64,000 nt of DNA, from contig CAXXFV010000036.1 of assembly GCA_963674595.2 (NCBI GenBank), forward strand, positions 15,496 through 79,495. Direction: 5' to 3'. Source of the DNA: a bacterium. GTDB taxonomy: Bacteria > Zhuqueibacterota > Zhuqueibacteria > Residuimicrobiales > Krinioviventaceae. A program made the translations under genes and the position numbers. Below the pieces are notes generated by a model that had not been told where the DNA came from, did no database searches, and saw nothing but the letters and a program-made list of their open reading frames with translations. Shown here piece after piece: positions 40,767-50,632 of this stretch. The stretch's first letter is position 1. Every line of letters starts with the position of its first letter.

Positions 40767-41648
40767 TCATTTTTCTTTTGGTGTTGTTAAACCTTCTGAA
40801 ACAGACCAGTCATAAAACCTTTGTATCCAGTTATCCGAAGGTAACCCTTGTTTTCGCATACCAAACCCGTGACCGCCTTTTGAATACATAAACAGACCGG
40901 CATTCAATCCCAGGCTATGCCATGAATTATAAATATCAATTGAACCGGAAGCCAGACCTAACGGATCATCATTGGCGCAGATAATTAGAATGGGAGGTGC
41001 GTCAGTTTTTGGTTTGGTTACCGTTATGGCTGTAGTCCAGGCATAAACCGGTACTACAAAGTTTGGCTTGTTCTCATCAGAATAGTTATAAGCAACACCC
41101 ATTGTAACGGCCCCGCCTGCTGAAAATCCCATAAAACCTATTTTCTCCGGATCGATTCCAAAATCTGATGCGTTCTTGCGAACATAGGAAACAGCATTCA
41201 AACCGTCTTCAATTGCCAGCGGCATCACTATTTTAACATTTTTATATACCTGCGACGGATTTTTTTCAAAAAGGTCTGAAAATTCTGCTACACCGTCTTG
41301 TTGAGTCGGTACCAATCTGTATTTTAGAACAAAAGCTGTTATCCCGTGCTTTACAAGCCATTCCGCAACATCATTACCTTCACTGTTTATGCTCAGTGCA
41401 TATAAACCTCCGCCGGGGGCAATAATAACAGCCGTACCATTTTGTGTTTTCTGGGCGGGTTTAAATACCTGCATTGTGGGGGCTGAAACATTGGTTACAA
41501 CCTGTGTTTGCCACAGATCAGAGAAATATTCTTTTTCCGGTTCCCAGGTGATTTTATCTGAATTTTTACAAGGGAGTTGAATGATGTTTTGTGCAAAGCC
41601 TGACATAGATAAGCCTAATAATACGTAAATGATGATTTTTTTTATCAT
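40767..41648 (-). CDS. alpha/beta hydrolase, carbohydrate esterase-like
   Basis: PGGG oxyanion loop, GFSAGG nucleophile elbow, DD and GGHGFG; signal peptide. Confidence 0.88.
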   Translation of the reverse strand: MIKKIIIYVLLGLSMSGFAQNIIQLPCKNSDKITWEPEKEYFSDLWQTQVVTNVSAPTMQVFKPAQKTQNGTAVIIAPGGGLYALSINSEGNDVAEWLVKHGITAFVLKYRLVPTQQDGVAEFSDLFEKNPSQVYKNVKIVMPLAIEDGLNAVSYVRKNASDFGIDPEKIGFMGFSAGGAVTMGVAYNYSDENKPNFVVPVYAWTTAITVTKPKTDAPPILIICANDDPLGLASGSIDIYNSWHSLGLNAGLFMYSKGGHGFGMRKQGLPSDNWIQRFYDWSVSEGLTTPKEK

Positions 41649-41837
41649 TTTTAAATCTTTATAGTGAAAGTTAATATTGATTTAAAATGTTGCCGGACAA
41701 TTAGAATATAACAATTTCTCGTTTATTATTCCTGCCGAAATTATAAAATAACGATACAACTTTTCATAATCAATATACGGCAAATTATCATAATTTTTGT
41801 TAAAGATTTATTTTTTAGTGATTTTATTGGCAAATTT

Positions 41838-43415
41838 CTAGTTTAAATATTTTGTTTTCTCAATTGACTTTACTTCAACATGCTGTATTAACGGGTTCTT
41901 TTCCGGACTGAGCGTCAGGAATATTTCAATATCTTTATCTTTCCCATGCAATATAATCGTACCGCGTAACTGGTTTATCGCTTTTAATGGACCGATGTCA
42001 ATAATATCACCGGCTTTATCATATACTTGTTTGGAATTTTTTACAAGGTCTTTTACCCGAAAGTCCAGAAAAAAGTTGTCCGCAAACAATCCGCTGCTTT
42101 CAGCGTTTTGCCAGTCGGGCAGAATTTTTATCATTTGGTTTAAGCGTTGTTCAAGAATGTTTGAAACCGGCAATTGGCGAGGCTCCAGGTTTGCCAGGGT
42201 GATAACCGTATCCAGCACCGCTACATTAACAGATGAAGTTCCGCCATAGGTTCTGTTATCAAACGACATGACAGCCAGACCATAATCCGGCATCATACAC
42301 CAATTACTGCCGAATCCGGGCAACCCGCCGGTGTGACTGATATATACCTTGCCGTTACAGTCCTGCATCCATCTAAGACCATAGCCATAAGCTTTAACGT
42401 AGGGACATTTTCTTTTTTCACCTGTCAGGTAATAGAAATCATCAGATAACTCAAAAAAACGCCAGGGATAATGCATTTCCCGTAATGAACTGCGTTTTAA
42501 AATGCCGGTATCTGTATCACTTTTTGGGGGCCAGGCAGACAGGTGCAGATTGACGTATTTGACAAAATCATTAATCGAGGTAATCAGTCCGCCCATGGCT
42601 CCAAAAGCGCCGTGATGTTCCAGGGGAATGTTGACATAGGAAGAATCAATCCAGTTATATCCAAGAGCCAGATTTTCTGTTTGGGCTTTTTCAAATTCCC
42701 AAACAGTTGCGTTCATACCAAGTGGTTTTAAAATATGTTCTGTTGTGTATTTTTCAAAAGGCATCCCCGTAACTTTTTGAATAATCTGGCCCAACAATGC
42801 AAAGCCGAGATTGCTGTATTCGTAAGCGATCCCCGGTGCGTTGGAAAAAGAAAGTCCGTCTTTAACCATTTGCAGAAATTCTTTGTCCGTATCAGCCAGT
42901 TGCCGGTCGCCCCAGGGATTGTCCTCCGGGAATCCGGCGCCATGTGTCAGCAGATGCCGAATGGTTATTTTCGGTGAGTCCATTGTGGGATATACCAGAT
43001 TTTTCATTTCCGGGATATACTTGCTTGCCGGATCATCTAGATTCAGTTTCCCGGCGTCACGTAATTGTAATATTGCAATTGCCGTAAAACTTTTGCTCAT
43101 GGAAGCAATACGAAACAGTGACGCATTATTTACCGGGGTTTGTTTTTCGACATTTTTATAGCCGAATCCACCTGAATAAACCAATTCACCGTCCAGAACA
43201 ATGCCGTAAACAAAGCCGGGTGTATGATGTTCTTTAGCATATTCTTTAAAAATAAGGTCCACGGTTTCTGCTGTGGCTTGAACATTTTTCAATCGGTCCT
43301 GATCTGTAAATATAGCCGGTTTATATGCAGCCTGATTTGATTGTGCAAAAGATAAGGAGGAAAAGAAAAAAAGAGTTACCAGTAGACAAGATGCAATAAC
43401 AGAGTTTGATTTCAT
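41838..43415 (-). CDS. serine hydrolase, beta-lactamase/PBP-like family
   Basis: SMSK, LLTH, YSN and HTGG motifs; signal peptide. Confidence 0.88.
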   Translation of the reverse strand: MKSNSVIASCLLVTLFFFSSLSFAQSNQAAYKPAIFTDQDRLKNVQATAETVDLIFKEYAKEHHTPGFVYGIVLDGELVYSGGFGYKNVEKQTPVNNASLFRIASMSKSFTAIAILQLRDAGKLNLDDPASKYIPEMKNLVYPTMDSPKITIRHLLTHGAGFPEDNPWGDRQLADTDKEFLQMVKDGLSFSNAPGIAYEYSNLGFALLGQIIQKVTGMPFEKYTTEHILKPLGMNATVWEFEKAQTENLALGYNWIDSSYVNIPLEHHGAFGAMGGLITSINDFVKYVNLHLSAWPPKSDTDTGILKRSSLREMHYPWRFFELSDDFYYLTGEKRKCPYVKAYGYGLRWMQDCNGKVYISHTGGLPGFGSNWCMMPDYGLAVMSFDNRTYGGTSSVNVAVLDTVITLANLEPRQLPVSNILEQRLNQMIKILPDWQNAESSGLFADNFFLDFRVKDLVKNSKQVYDKAGDIIDIGPLKAINQLRGTIILHGKDKDIEIFLTLSPEKNPLIQHVEVKSIEKTKYLN

Positions 43416-43542
43416 AGCAGATCCCTTAATTCAAATAAAAGCACAGAATAATTCAATTGTTTTTTCGGTGATTATGGTAATGGGGGTCTCTTTTGAATAT
43501 GATCAAATCGCTATTAATTGGTTCTATGCAATTTGGTTATCT

Positions 43543-43571
43543 ATTATACTAATCTTGTACCAGTTCTACAA
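43543..43571 (-). promoter_or_regulatory. possible sigma70 promoter for the hydrolase gene run
   Basis: Minus strand TTGTAG-17 nt-TATAAT. Confidence 0.45.
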
Positions 43572-43617
43572 CATGTATTTGACAATTTTTTATATTTTTT
43601 TTTGATGATATATCTAA

Positions 43618-44226
43618 TTAAGGAACCTGAAACTGTATCATGTAAAAATCTTCTAAATCCATATATCTTATTCTTTCAAATCCCTGTTCATTTGCCGTTT
43701 TTTCAAGTTCTTGTGGTGAAATCCTCATGTGCATCGGCGGCCCAAAGAATGTCTCTCTTTTTTGGCAATCAAGTGTGATCAGTCTGGCGCCTGGTTTGAG
43801 TATTCTTTTTATCTCTTTAAGCAGTTTTTCGCCGTCTTTATTGATATCAAGAATGTGAAGCACCGTGGACAGAAAACAAATATCTCCTGTATTTTGTGGG
43901 ATAGGGAGGGCTTTTAGGATATCCGCATGAATGACTTGGATGTTTGCAAAGTCAGGAGTACTCGTTCGAATTTTCAAATCACTGATGACATTTTCCTGCT
44001 TGTCAATTGCAATGACTTGTCCTGCTTTGCCGACAAAATCCGTTGCTCGTATTGCATAGTCACCAGTACCGCAACCCAGGTCTATAAAACAATCTCCCTT
44101 TTTTATATCAAGTTCTTTATAAATTACATTCTGATCAACTAAATGATAACTACTGGGTCCCCGTTTATGACTGTTGTTTTTACAGTTTTTTCTGTCCTGA
44201 TGTTTGTTGGCACATATATGGTTCAT
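43618..44226 (-). CDS. class I SAM-dependent methyltransferase
   Basis: IDLGCGTG, VIAID and RILKPGA motifs. Confidence 0.88.
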   Translation of the reverse strand: MNHICANKHQDRKNCKNNSHKRGPSSYHLVDQNVIYKELDIKKGDCFIDLGCGTGDYAIRATDFVGKAGQVIAIDKQENVISDLKIRTSTPDFANIQVIHADILKALPIPQNTGDICFLSTVLHILDINKDGEKLLKEIKRILKPGARLITLDCQKRETFFGPPMHMRISPQELEKTANEQGFERIRYMDLEDFYMIQFQVP

Positions 44227-44255
44227 GGTAACTTCCTATGATAATTTTAAATTGA

Positions 44256-44693
44256 TCAATTAACTTTTTTACAAAAATTATTATTTATTTTTAGCAATAT
44301 TTCACTTAACATTTTAACTTCCTGCCCGGAAAGACCTTTTATTAAGCTAGTTTTTATTTTTTTACGAAAATCAATTAATTGGTCTTTCCTCCCCATTCCT
44401 TTTTCTGTTATCGATACCCGAAATGTCCTCCCGTCATTTTTATTTTTTTCTCGTTTGATATAATTCATTAATTCCAGTTTTTTTAAGGCCCTTCCCACAT
44501 TCGTTCTGTCTACATCCAGTTGTTCAACCAGCTTTTCCTGGTTGCATTCTCCGTCGTACAACAGGTGAAGAGCCATCAAAATTCTCATTTCTGTGTGTGT
44601 TATTCCAAAGGCATAAAGTTCTTTATCACTCATTTTTCGCATGCTTTTTACGATATTGTGCAATAGATTAAAAATATCCGGCTGATTATTCAT
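44256..44693 (-). CDS. MarR family regulator
   Basis: wHTH VDRTNVGRALKKLE and DGR..V.ITEKG. Confidence 0.9.
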   Translation of the reverse strand: MNNQPDIFNLLHNIVKSMRKMSDKELYAFGITHTEMRILMALHLLYDGECNQEKLVEQLDVDRTNVGRALKKLELMNYIKREKNKNDGRTFRVSITEKGMGRKDQLIDFRKKIKTSLIKGLSGQEVKMLSEILLKINNNFCKKVN

Positions 44694-44725
44694 TTTAATT
44701 TCTCCAATAGGGGATAGATTTATTA

Positions 44726-44745
44726 ATATGCGTGCGCACGCATAT
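44726..44745. promoter_or_regulatory. perfect 20-bp palindrome, probable MarR operator
   Basis: ATATGCGTGC/GCACGCATAT, 32 bp upstream of the marR start. Confidence 0.75.
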
Positions 44746-45000
44746 AGTTAATGATTTTTTATGATATAATCAAGATATTTATCCTGGTGGTACAAATATT
44801 TTTTTAAACAATGACTATAAATAAATATCTGATATTTGTAATAAAATTGAAAATATTTGCGTAATTTTTATTGTTATAACTATCGAGATTTCAAAATATT
44901 ATCAGATATGCTTGAATATAGAAATTTCCAGCCGTAATTAATAAATGTGTACGGTTTTCAGATGTTGTCATAGCAGAATTCAGATTACTTAGAGTATGAA

Positions 45001-45648
45001 ATGAAAGCTGTTGTGGTTGTTGCTCACCCTGATGATGAAGTTTTGTGGTGCGGTGGATTTGTGTTATTAAATCCCGAATTTGAATGGACTATTATCGGAC
45101 TTTCACGGGCATCAGATCCTGACCGCCGACCCAGATTTTTCAACGTACTTTTAAAACTGAACGCCAAAGGTGCTCTTGGTGACCTTGATGACGGTCCTGA
45201 TCAGGTCCCGCTCATGCCCATGTTGGTGGACCAGACAATACTGGAGCTATGTTCAGATAAAATATTTGATCTTGTTATAACACACAGTCCTTTTGGTGAA
45301 TATACCTATCACCGACGCCACATAGAAGTTTCCCAATCCGTAATTCGATTGGTCCAGCATGGATTTTTAAAAACCAACGAATTGTGGTTTTTCGCTTATT
45401 CTGATAATGAAAAAAGTCATTTACCCCAACCTATTGTCACGGCCGATTTAAAAATTCCACTTCCAAATAACATATGGCAGCAAAAGTATAACCTTATTAC
45501 TCAGGATTACGGATTTGGCCCCTCAACTTTTGAAGCTATGACGACTCCCAAAACAGAATCTTTTTGGTCATTTAATACTGATAAAGATAAAACAATTCAT
45601 TTGGCTAAAATTGAGGAAAAAATTAATGAAAGTATTGGTGCTGTATGA
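45001..45648 (+). CDS. PIG-L/LmbE family deacetylase
   Basis: AHPDDE and GEYTYHRRH motifs. Confidence 0.82.
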   Translation: MKAVVVVAHPDDEVLWCGGFVLLNPEFEWTIIGLSRASDPDRRPRFFNVLLKLNAKGALGDLDDGPDQVPLMPMLVDQTILELCSDKIFDLVITHSPFGEYTYHRRHIEVSQSVIRLVQHGFLKTNELWFFAYSDNEKSHLPQPIVTADLKIPLPNNIWQQKYNLITQDYGFGPSTFEAMTTPKTESFWSFNTDKDKTIHLAKIEEKINESIGAV

Positions 45649-46768
45649 TTATCCCCCGTCACCGGGCGGATTGGCGACCCAGGGTGATTTGTTATATCGA
45701 GGTTTAAAGGAGATGGGTGTTGAGACTTTTGCTGTCAACTTTGAATCTGCACAGGAAAAGGAATGGTATTATCGCTGGTTTCAGCCTGACGTTGTTGTTG
45801 GTGTCGGATATTGGGGCCATTCTCCGCATATTGTTTTACATCCGTTACGATACGGGGTACAGCCGGTACCCTGGTTGGTCGCAGACGGGTATCTTGCCAA
45901 CTATCGTGAGATTCTAGATGATTTGCCGTTAATATTGGTTACTTCCAATTGGGTAAAGGATGTGTATATCCGGGATGGGCTGAACGGTGAGAATATCAGT
46001 GTGTTGCCTGTCGGATGTGACACAGATACATTTATTCCCCGAGAAAAAAATGATCCGAAAATAGTGGCAGTACGTGAGGCTCTGGGGGTTTCGCCTGATG
46101 ATTTAATGATCTTAACAATCGGTGGTGACGCTTCATCCAAGGGAGCACAGGAGGTCATGCAGGCCATGTCGATTATCGATGCCAAAGTACCGGACTGGAA
46201 ATATGTCTGCAAAGTATGGCCTCAGCCACGGACTGAACAACAAAACCTTTTGGATTTGCAACTGGCTACGCAACTGGGAATTGAAAAAAAAGTTATTTAT
46301 ACAACAAATATCATCAGCAGGAATTTTATGCCTTATTTGATTGCCGCCTGCGATGTCTATGCCGCTCCTTCACGTCTTGAGGGATTTGGGATGATTCAGG
46401 TGGAGGCCAATGCCTGTGAAAAACCGGTCCTTGGAATAAACGCCATGGGATTGCTGGATACCATGATACATGGTGAAACCGCTTATCTTGCCAATGTTGC
46501 AACAGAAATTGTGGTTCGGGAAGTCACTGTCGGCAAGGAATCCGGATATGAAGACGGCCATCATGTTGTTTTTAAGGAACCACGGACTGTTGATTACCGG
46601 GCCAGCGTTCATGATATAGCAAATTATATGGTTGATCTGTTACAAAGTAAAGAACAACGGCAGCAGTTAGGTAAGGCGGGTCGCATAAACGCTGTTAAAA
46701 ATTTTGACTATCGTGTTGTTGCCAAATCATTCGTTAAAATTGTTCAGGAAAAATTAGGAATTAATTAA
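45626..46768 (+). CDS. GT4 glycosyltransferase
   Basis: SKG and PSRLEGFGMIQVEANAC (Ex7E) motifs; overlaps both neighbours. Confidence 0.88.
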   Translation: MKVLVLYDYPPSPGGLATQGDLLYRGLKEMGVETFAVNFESAQEKEWYYRWFQPDVVVGVGYWGHSPHIVLHPLRYGVQPVPWLVADGYLANYREILDDLPLILVTSNWVKDVYIRDGLNGENISVLPVGCDTDTFIPREKNDPKIVAVREALGVSPDDLMILTIGGDASSKGAQEVMQAMSIIDAKVPDWKYVCKVWPQPRTEQQNLLDLQLATQLGIEKKVIYTTNIISRNFMPYLIAACDVYAAPSRLEGFGMIQVEANACEKPVLGINAMGLLDTMIHGETAYLANVATEIVVREVTVGKESGYEDGHHVVFKEPRTVDYRASVHDIANYMVDLLQSKEQRQQLGKAGRINAVKNFDYRVVAKSFVKIVQEKLGIN

Positions 46769-47940
46769 TGAATTCAGAACAGATAGATTTTATTCAACAA
46801 GCGAAAAAAGAGGCCCTTGAGGTTTTATTACATAACCTGCATGGGCCTTTTAAAGGATTACCCCGTACGGCAGGGTGGGGGTATCCTGAGGCCTATACAA
46901 GAGACATGATGATTTCCCTGCTTGGTGTTCTGGTGAGTGGAAATGAAAAACTTATTCAGTGTTACGGTCGTGTGTTAGAGTATCTGGCTAAGAATACAAG
47001 TCCGTTGGGGCATATTCCATCCCTGGCTCACGATTCCCTGGACCGGGGAGCAAGTGATACAACACCTTTGTTTTTATTAGGAACAGCAATTTATCGAACC
47101 GTTACGAAACAGCATGATTTCCTTGAGGAAGCCGTACAAAAAGTGATAAAGTGGATGGAATATCAGAGTCCTGATGATAATGTTCTTGTCGGGCAGTTGC
47201 CCACAAGCGATTGGCGTGATGAACAATGGGTCATAGGATATGGATTATATGTAAATACATTAACCTATGCTTATCTGAAATTGCTGGGTTTTAATGACAG
47301 AGCGCTTGATTTGAAAAATATGATCAGTAAATTTACAATTACTGAAGAAAGACAGCACAAGCACGTTCATGAGGGTCTTGTTGTTAAACACAAACCCTAC
47401 TATGCCATGTGGGCCTATAAAGTTTATCAGAGTGAAAGGTTTGATTTGTTGGGAAACAGTCTGGCTATTTTAACGGGTATTGCTTCGCAAAATCGGGCCG
47501 AATCGATGATTAAATGGATTGAAGACGAATGTTCTGCGTTAAAAGATAAAGGTGAGCTGGCTGTTGATTTGCCCCCTAATTTTTTCCCTTATATCAAAAC
47601 GGGTGATCCGGACTGGAGACGACGTTATGATCTTTATAACAGACCGGGTGAATATCACAACGGGGGAATTTGGCCGTTTGTATGTGGATTCTATATAGCC
47701 GCTATTGTCGCTGCCGGGAAAAAGCATTTAGCCTGGCAAAAATTGTATAATTTGGCAAAATTATGTCAGTTAAAGTGCAGAGAAGATATTGAATTTGGGT
47801 TTAATGAATGGATAAAAGCCCAGGATGGCAAACCTTATGGAAATGATTATCAAACCTGGTCCGCCGCCATGTATTTATATGCCTGTCATTGTGTTGAAAA
47901 TAATGATACTGTTTTTTTTAAACAGATGAGGGATAGTTGA
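46768..47940 (+). CDS. (alpha/alpha)6 glycoside hydrolase, GH100/amylo-1,6-glucosidase-like
   Basis: YTRD, SDWRD, YHNGGIWPF, FNEW and QTWSAA motifs; TAATG coupling. Confidence 0.78.
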   Translation: MNSEQIDFIQQAKKEALEVLLHNLHGPFKGLPRTAGWGYPEAYTRDMMISLLGVLVSGNEKLIQCYGRVLEYLAKNTSPLGHIPSLAHDSLDRGASDTTPLFLLGTAIYRTVTKQHDFLEEAVQKVIKWMEYQSPDDNVLVGQLPTSDWRDEQWVIGYGLYVNTLTYAYLKLLGFNDRALDLKNMISKFTITEERQHKHVHEGLVVKHKPYYAMWAYKVYQSERFDLLGNSLAILTGIASQNRAESMIKWIEDECSALKDKGELAVDLPPNFFPYIKTGDPDWRRRYDLYNRPGEYHNGGIWPFVCGFYIAAIVAAGKKHLAWQKLYNLAKLCQLKCREDIEFGFNEWIKAQDGKPYGNDYQTWSAAMYLYACHCVENNDTVFFKQMRDS

Positions 47941-48249
47941 TTTTTCTAGTTATGCAAAGGTGAGATTTTTCACTTTATTAAAAATTATATTAAGCACCTG
48001 GAATATATAATTGTTTTGCTATGTTATCCTGTCTAAAGTCAAAAGATATGAATTTAATTCAGTTTTTGATAATGAGAATATTGTTGAAGAGACATTGTAT
48101 ATCTTTTGTTAATAAATGTTGACAACGCTTTTTTTTAATACATAATATTTATATAATCAACTCTAAAACTAATCCTGCAAAAACACCTCGCTTTATAAAA
48201 CTAAATATCTGCAACACTAATCCTGAATATGAAAAAAACGGTATGTTGA

Positions 48250-49641
48250 ATGGAAACAATCACTGATGTATTGACGACAAATGAAATTTCCAAACATTTA
48301 CTTGATTCCATTCCTGCCGGAATAATGTTGATCGACGAAATGAATACGGTCCGGTATGCAAATCACCGGCTTGCCGGGATTTTTAATATTTCCGGTGATC
48401 ATAATCTGGAAAAAAGAGTTAATGATTTTATTAAATGTTTAAATTTTTCCGGCGGTTTTAATAAATGTGATAAAACGCATAATTGCCAGGTTTGTAGTCT
48501 GCTAAAACCTAAAATTTCAAAACTGGAAAAGGAAAAAGTTGTAAAAAAGTCTGCAAAAATTATTTTAATATCAGATAAAAAGACCTGTGAAAAAGAAATA
48601 CTTGTAACCTCAACTGCAATAAAACTGCAAAACAAATGTTATGCTCTGGTCCTTGTAGAGGATATTACGGAAATTTCTCATCTGCACCAGCAGCTAAGAA
48701 ACGAATATGATAACATGGGAATTTGGGGCGAGGACCCTAAAATTATATCATTACGGGACAAGATAAAAACACTTGCCCATGTTAAAATACCTGTATTAAT
48801 ATCCGGTGAAAGCGGGACCGGCAAAGAGCTTGTAGCCCGTGCCATTCACAATCAGGGTTTCGGTGATAATAAACCGTTTATTCCGGTAAACTGTGCAGCA
48901 ATACCGGACACTCTGCTGGAAAGTGAGCTCTTTGGACATACTAAAGGAGCATTTACAGGAGCAACCAGTGATCGAAAAGGGCGTTTTGCCCTGGCTGATG
49001 GCGGCACGCTTTTTCTTGATGAAATTGGGGATATTTCGCCAGTCATGCAGGTGAAATTGCTGCGTGTTCTTCAGGAAGGAACATTTGACCGCATTGGTGA
49101 TGAAAAGTCGCAAAAAGTTGATGTGCGTATTATCTGTGCAACGAATAAACATTTAACTGAAGAAATTAAATCCGGGCATTTTCGGGAAGATTTGTTTTAT
49201 CGTATAAGTGTATTTCCGCTGCACGTGCCCCCGTTACGTGATCGCAAAAATGATATTCCGGTTATCACTAAATACCTGATCAATTCGCTCTCTGTTTCTT
49301 TAAATACTTGCCGTCTGCATCTTTCTGACGATGCTTTGACATACTTGATGGACCATAAATGGCCGGGTAATATAAGAGAACTGGAGAATGTTTTAAAATA
49401 TGCTATCGTAAACTGTGATCAGGATGTTATTGATTCCCGGCATTTACCTCTTCATATCGTAGAAAAGGGAGCCAAGATTAATTCGCAGAGACGATCACGG
49501 AAACGTAAACTGGAACGGACTGTTGTTGTAGACATGCTGGAAAAAACAGATTGGAATAAACTTGAAACGGCAAAAAATTTAAACGTGTCCCGGGCGACGT
49601 TGTATCGATACATAAGTGATATGGATATTACAATTCCATAA
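48250..49641 (+). CDS. sigma54-dependent enhancer-binding protein (PAS-like, AAA+, Fis HTH)
   Basis: [36 protein letters not shown] and SRATLYR motifs. Confidence 0.95.
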   Translation: METITDVLTTNEISKHLLDSIPAGIMLIDEMNTVRYANHRLAGIFNISGDHNLEKRVNDFIKCLNFSGGFNKCDKTHNCQVCSLLKPKISKLEKEKVVKKSAKIILISDKKTCEKEILVTSTAIKLQNKCYALVLVEDITEISHLHQQLRNEYDNMGIWGEDPKIISLRDKIKTLAHVKIPVLISGESGTGKELVARAIHNQGFGDNKPFIPVNCAAIPDTLLESELFGHTKGAFTGATSDRKGRFALADGGTLFLDEIGDISPVMQVKLLRVLQEGTFDRIGDEKSQKVDVRIICATNKHLTEEIKSGHFREDLFYRISVFPLHVPPLRDRKNDIPVITKYLINSLSVSLNTCRLHLSDDALTYLMDHKWPGNIRELENVLKYAIVNCDQDVIDSRHLPLHIVEKGAKINSQRRSRKRKLERTVVVDMLEKTDWNKLETAKNLNVSRATLYRYISDMDITIP

Positions 49642-49705
49642 TTTTAAAAGAATCGTTCTTAATGAAATTAATCGTAACCTCTTAAAGAATAGCGCAAAAT
49701 GTCAT

Positions 49706-49742
49706 TCCTGATGAAGCAATAGCTTAGATCAGGATTTTTTTT
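49706..49742 (+). terminator. imperfect hairpin with T8 tail after the activator gene
   Basis: TCCTGAT-GAAGC-AATA-GCTTAG-ATCAGGA followed by T8. Confidence 0.5.
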
Positions 49743-49827
49743 GTCAGCATGTTATTCCTGTATTTGAAGAATTGTAATTCCGAAGACAAGTTGGATTAAT
49801 ATGAATTTTGGGTTGGGATCATTAATA

Positions 49828-49859
49828 AAAAAAGGCCGATAAAGATATCGGCCTTTTTT
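49828..49859. terminator. bidirectional intrinsic terminator
   Basis: AAAAAAGGCCGATA-AAGA-TATCGGCCTTTTTT. Confidence 0.85.
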
Positions 49860-49900
49860 AAATTAAAGGAGTTAAAATATTTACAGGAGGGCTTGATAAT

Positions 49901-50323
49901 TTAATTGCTGGCAAACATGTTTTCGCGTTCCATTTTATTAACAATTCCTTTTAAAACGTTACGCATTGTTTTTTCTTTTTCTACTTTGAGTTGTTCTTTA
50001 AATATTTTATAAATACCTTCATCCCCATGGTCCATCAACGTCAAAGCGGCAACGATACGAATTTGCACATTTTTGTCGTTTTTAAAAGTGCTGACAAGAA
50101 CATTTTTGACCTGTTCGTGTTCGTTTATGGTGCTGTGAAGTTGTTGACGTAATAGTTCAACAGCACTGTAACGAATACCATAATTATCGTCTTTTAAAGC
50201 TTTTATTAAAGCTGTTTGGTTTGAATCGTTGTCGTCTGTAACCTGAACATTTGTTTTTGCAAAAATCAGATTTGAACCGGCAAGGAATAAAACGATGGTT
50301 GCTAAAGCTTTTAAATTTTTCAT
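49901..50323 (-). CDS. small exported HEAT-repeat protein
   Basis: GGAGG RBS; signal peptide; LIKALKDDNYGIRYSAVELL and DKNVQIRIVAALTL repeats. Confidence 0.75.
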   Translation of the reverse strand: MKNLKALATIVLFLAGSNLIFAKTNVQVTDDNDSNQTALIKALKDDNYGIRYSAVELLRQQLHSTINEHEQVKNVLVSTFKNDKNVQIRIVAALTLMDHGDEGIYKIFKEQLKVEKEKTMRNVLKGIVNKMERENMFASN

Positions 50324-50382
50324 GATGACCTCCGATAAGAATGCGATAATAAAATTGATTTTTCAATTTTTATCCTTTTCTA

Positions 50383-50398
50383 TTCAACTGTTGTGCCA
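50383..50398 (-). promoter_or_regulatory. putative sigma54 (-24/-12) promoter
   Basis: Minus strand TGGCAC-AACAG-TTGAA versus consensus TGGCAC-N5-TTGC. Confidence 0.55.
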
Positions 50399-50588
50399 CG
50401 TTTTTTTAATAAATAAATATGTATCTTTAGTTTAATAAAATTAATGGTTAATAGAAAATTGTCCTTTGGAGGTAATAAAAATTGTCTTATTTAATGAAAA
50501 TTAACTAGACACTAAATGAGACACGAGATGATACGGTGAGAATATTTTTTGGTCTAAAATCTAACTTGAAAAAAAAGCCGTTGTAAAT

Positions 50589-50622
50589 AAAAAAAGCGAA
50601 CCAATATGATTCGCTTTTTTTT
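50589..50622. terminator. intrinsic terminator after the GH109 gene
   Basis: A7-GCGAA...TTCGC-T8. Confidence 0.75.
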
Positions 50623-50632
50623 AAATATTTAA

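Noticed and set aside
41838-43415. Antibiotic-resistance beta-lactamase
   Set aside because: The motifs are shared by the broad serine hydrolase family; the length, C-terminal extension and glycan-enzyme context favour an esterase or peptidase
49700-49742. GTCATTCC-initiated hairpin resembling a REP-like palindromic element
   Set aside because: Single degenerate copy with no associated transposase or nuclease; kept only as a possible terminator
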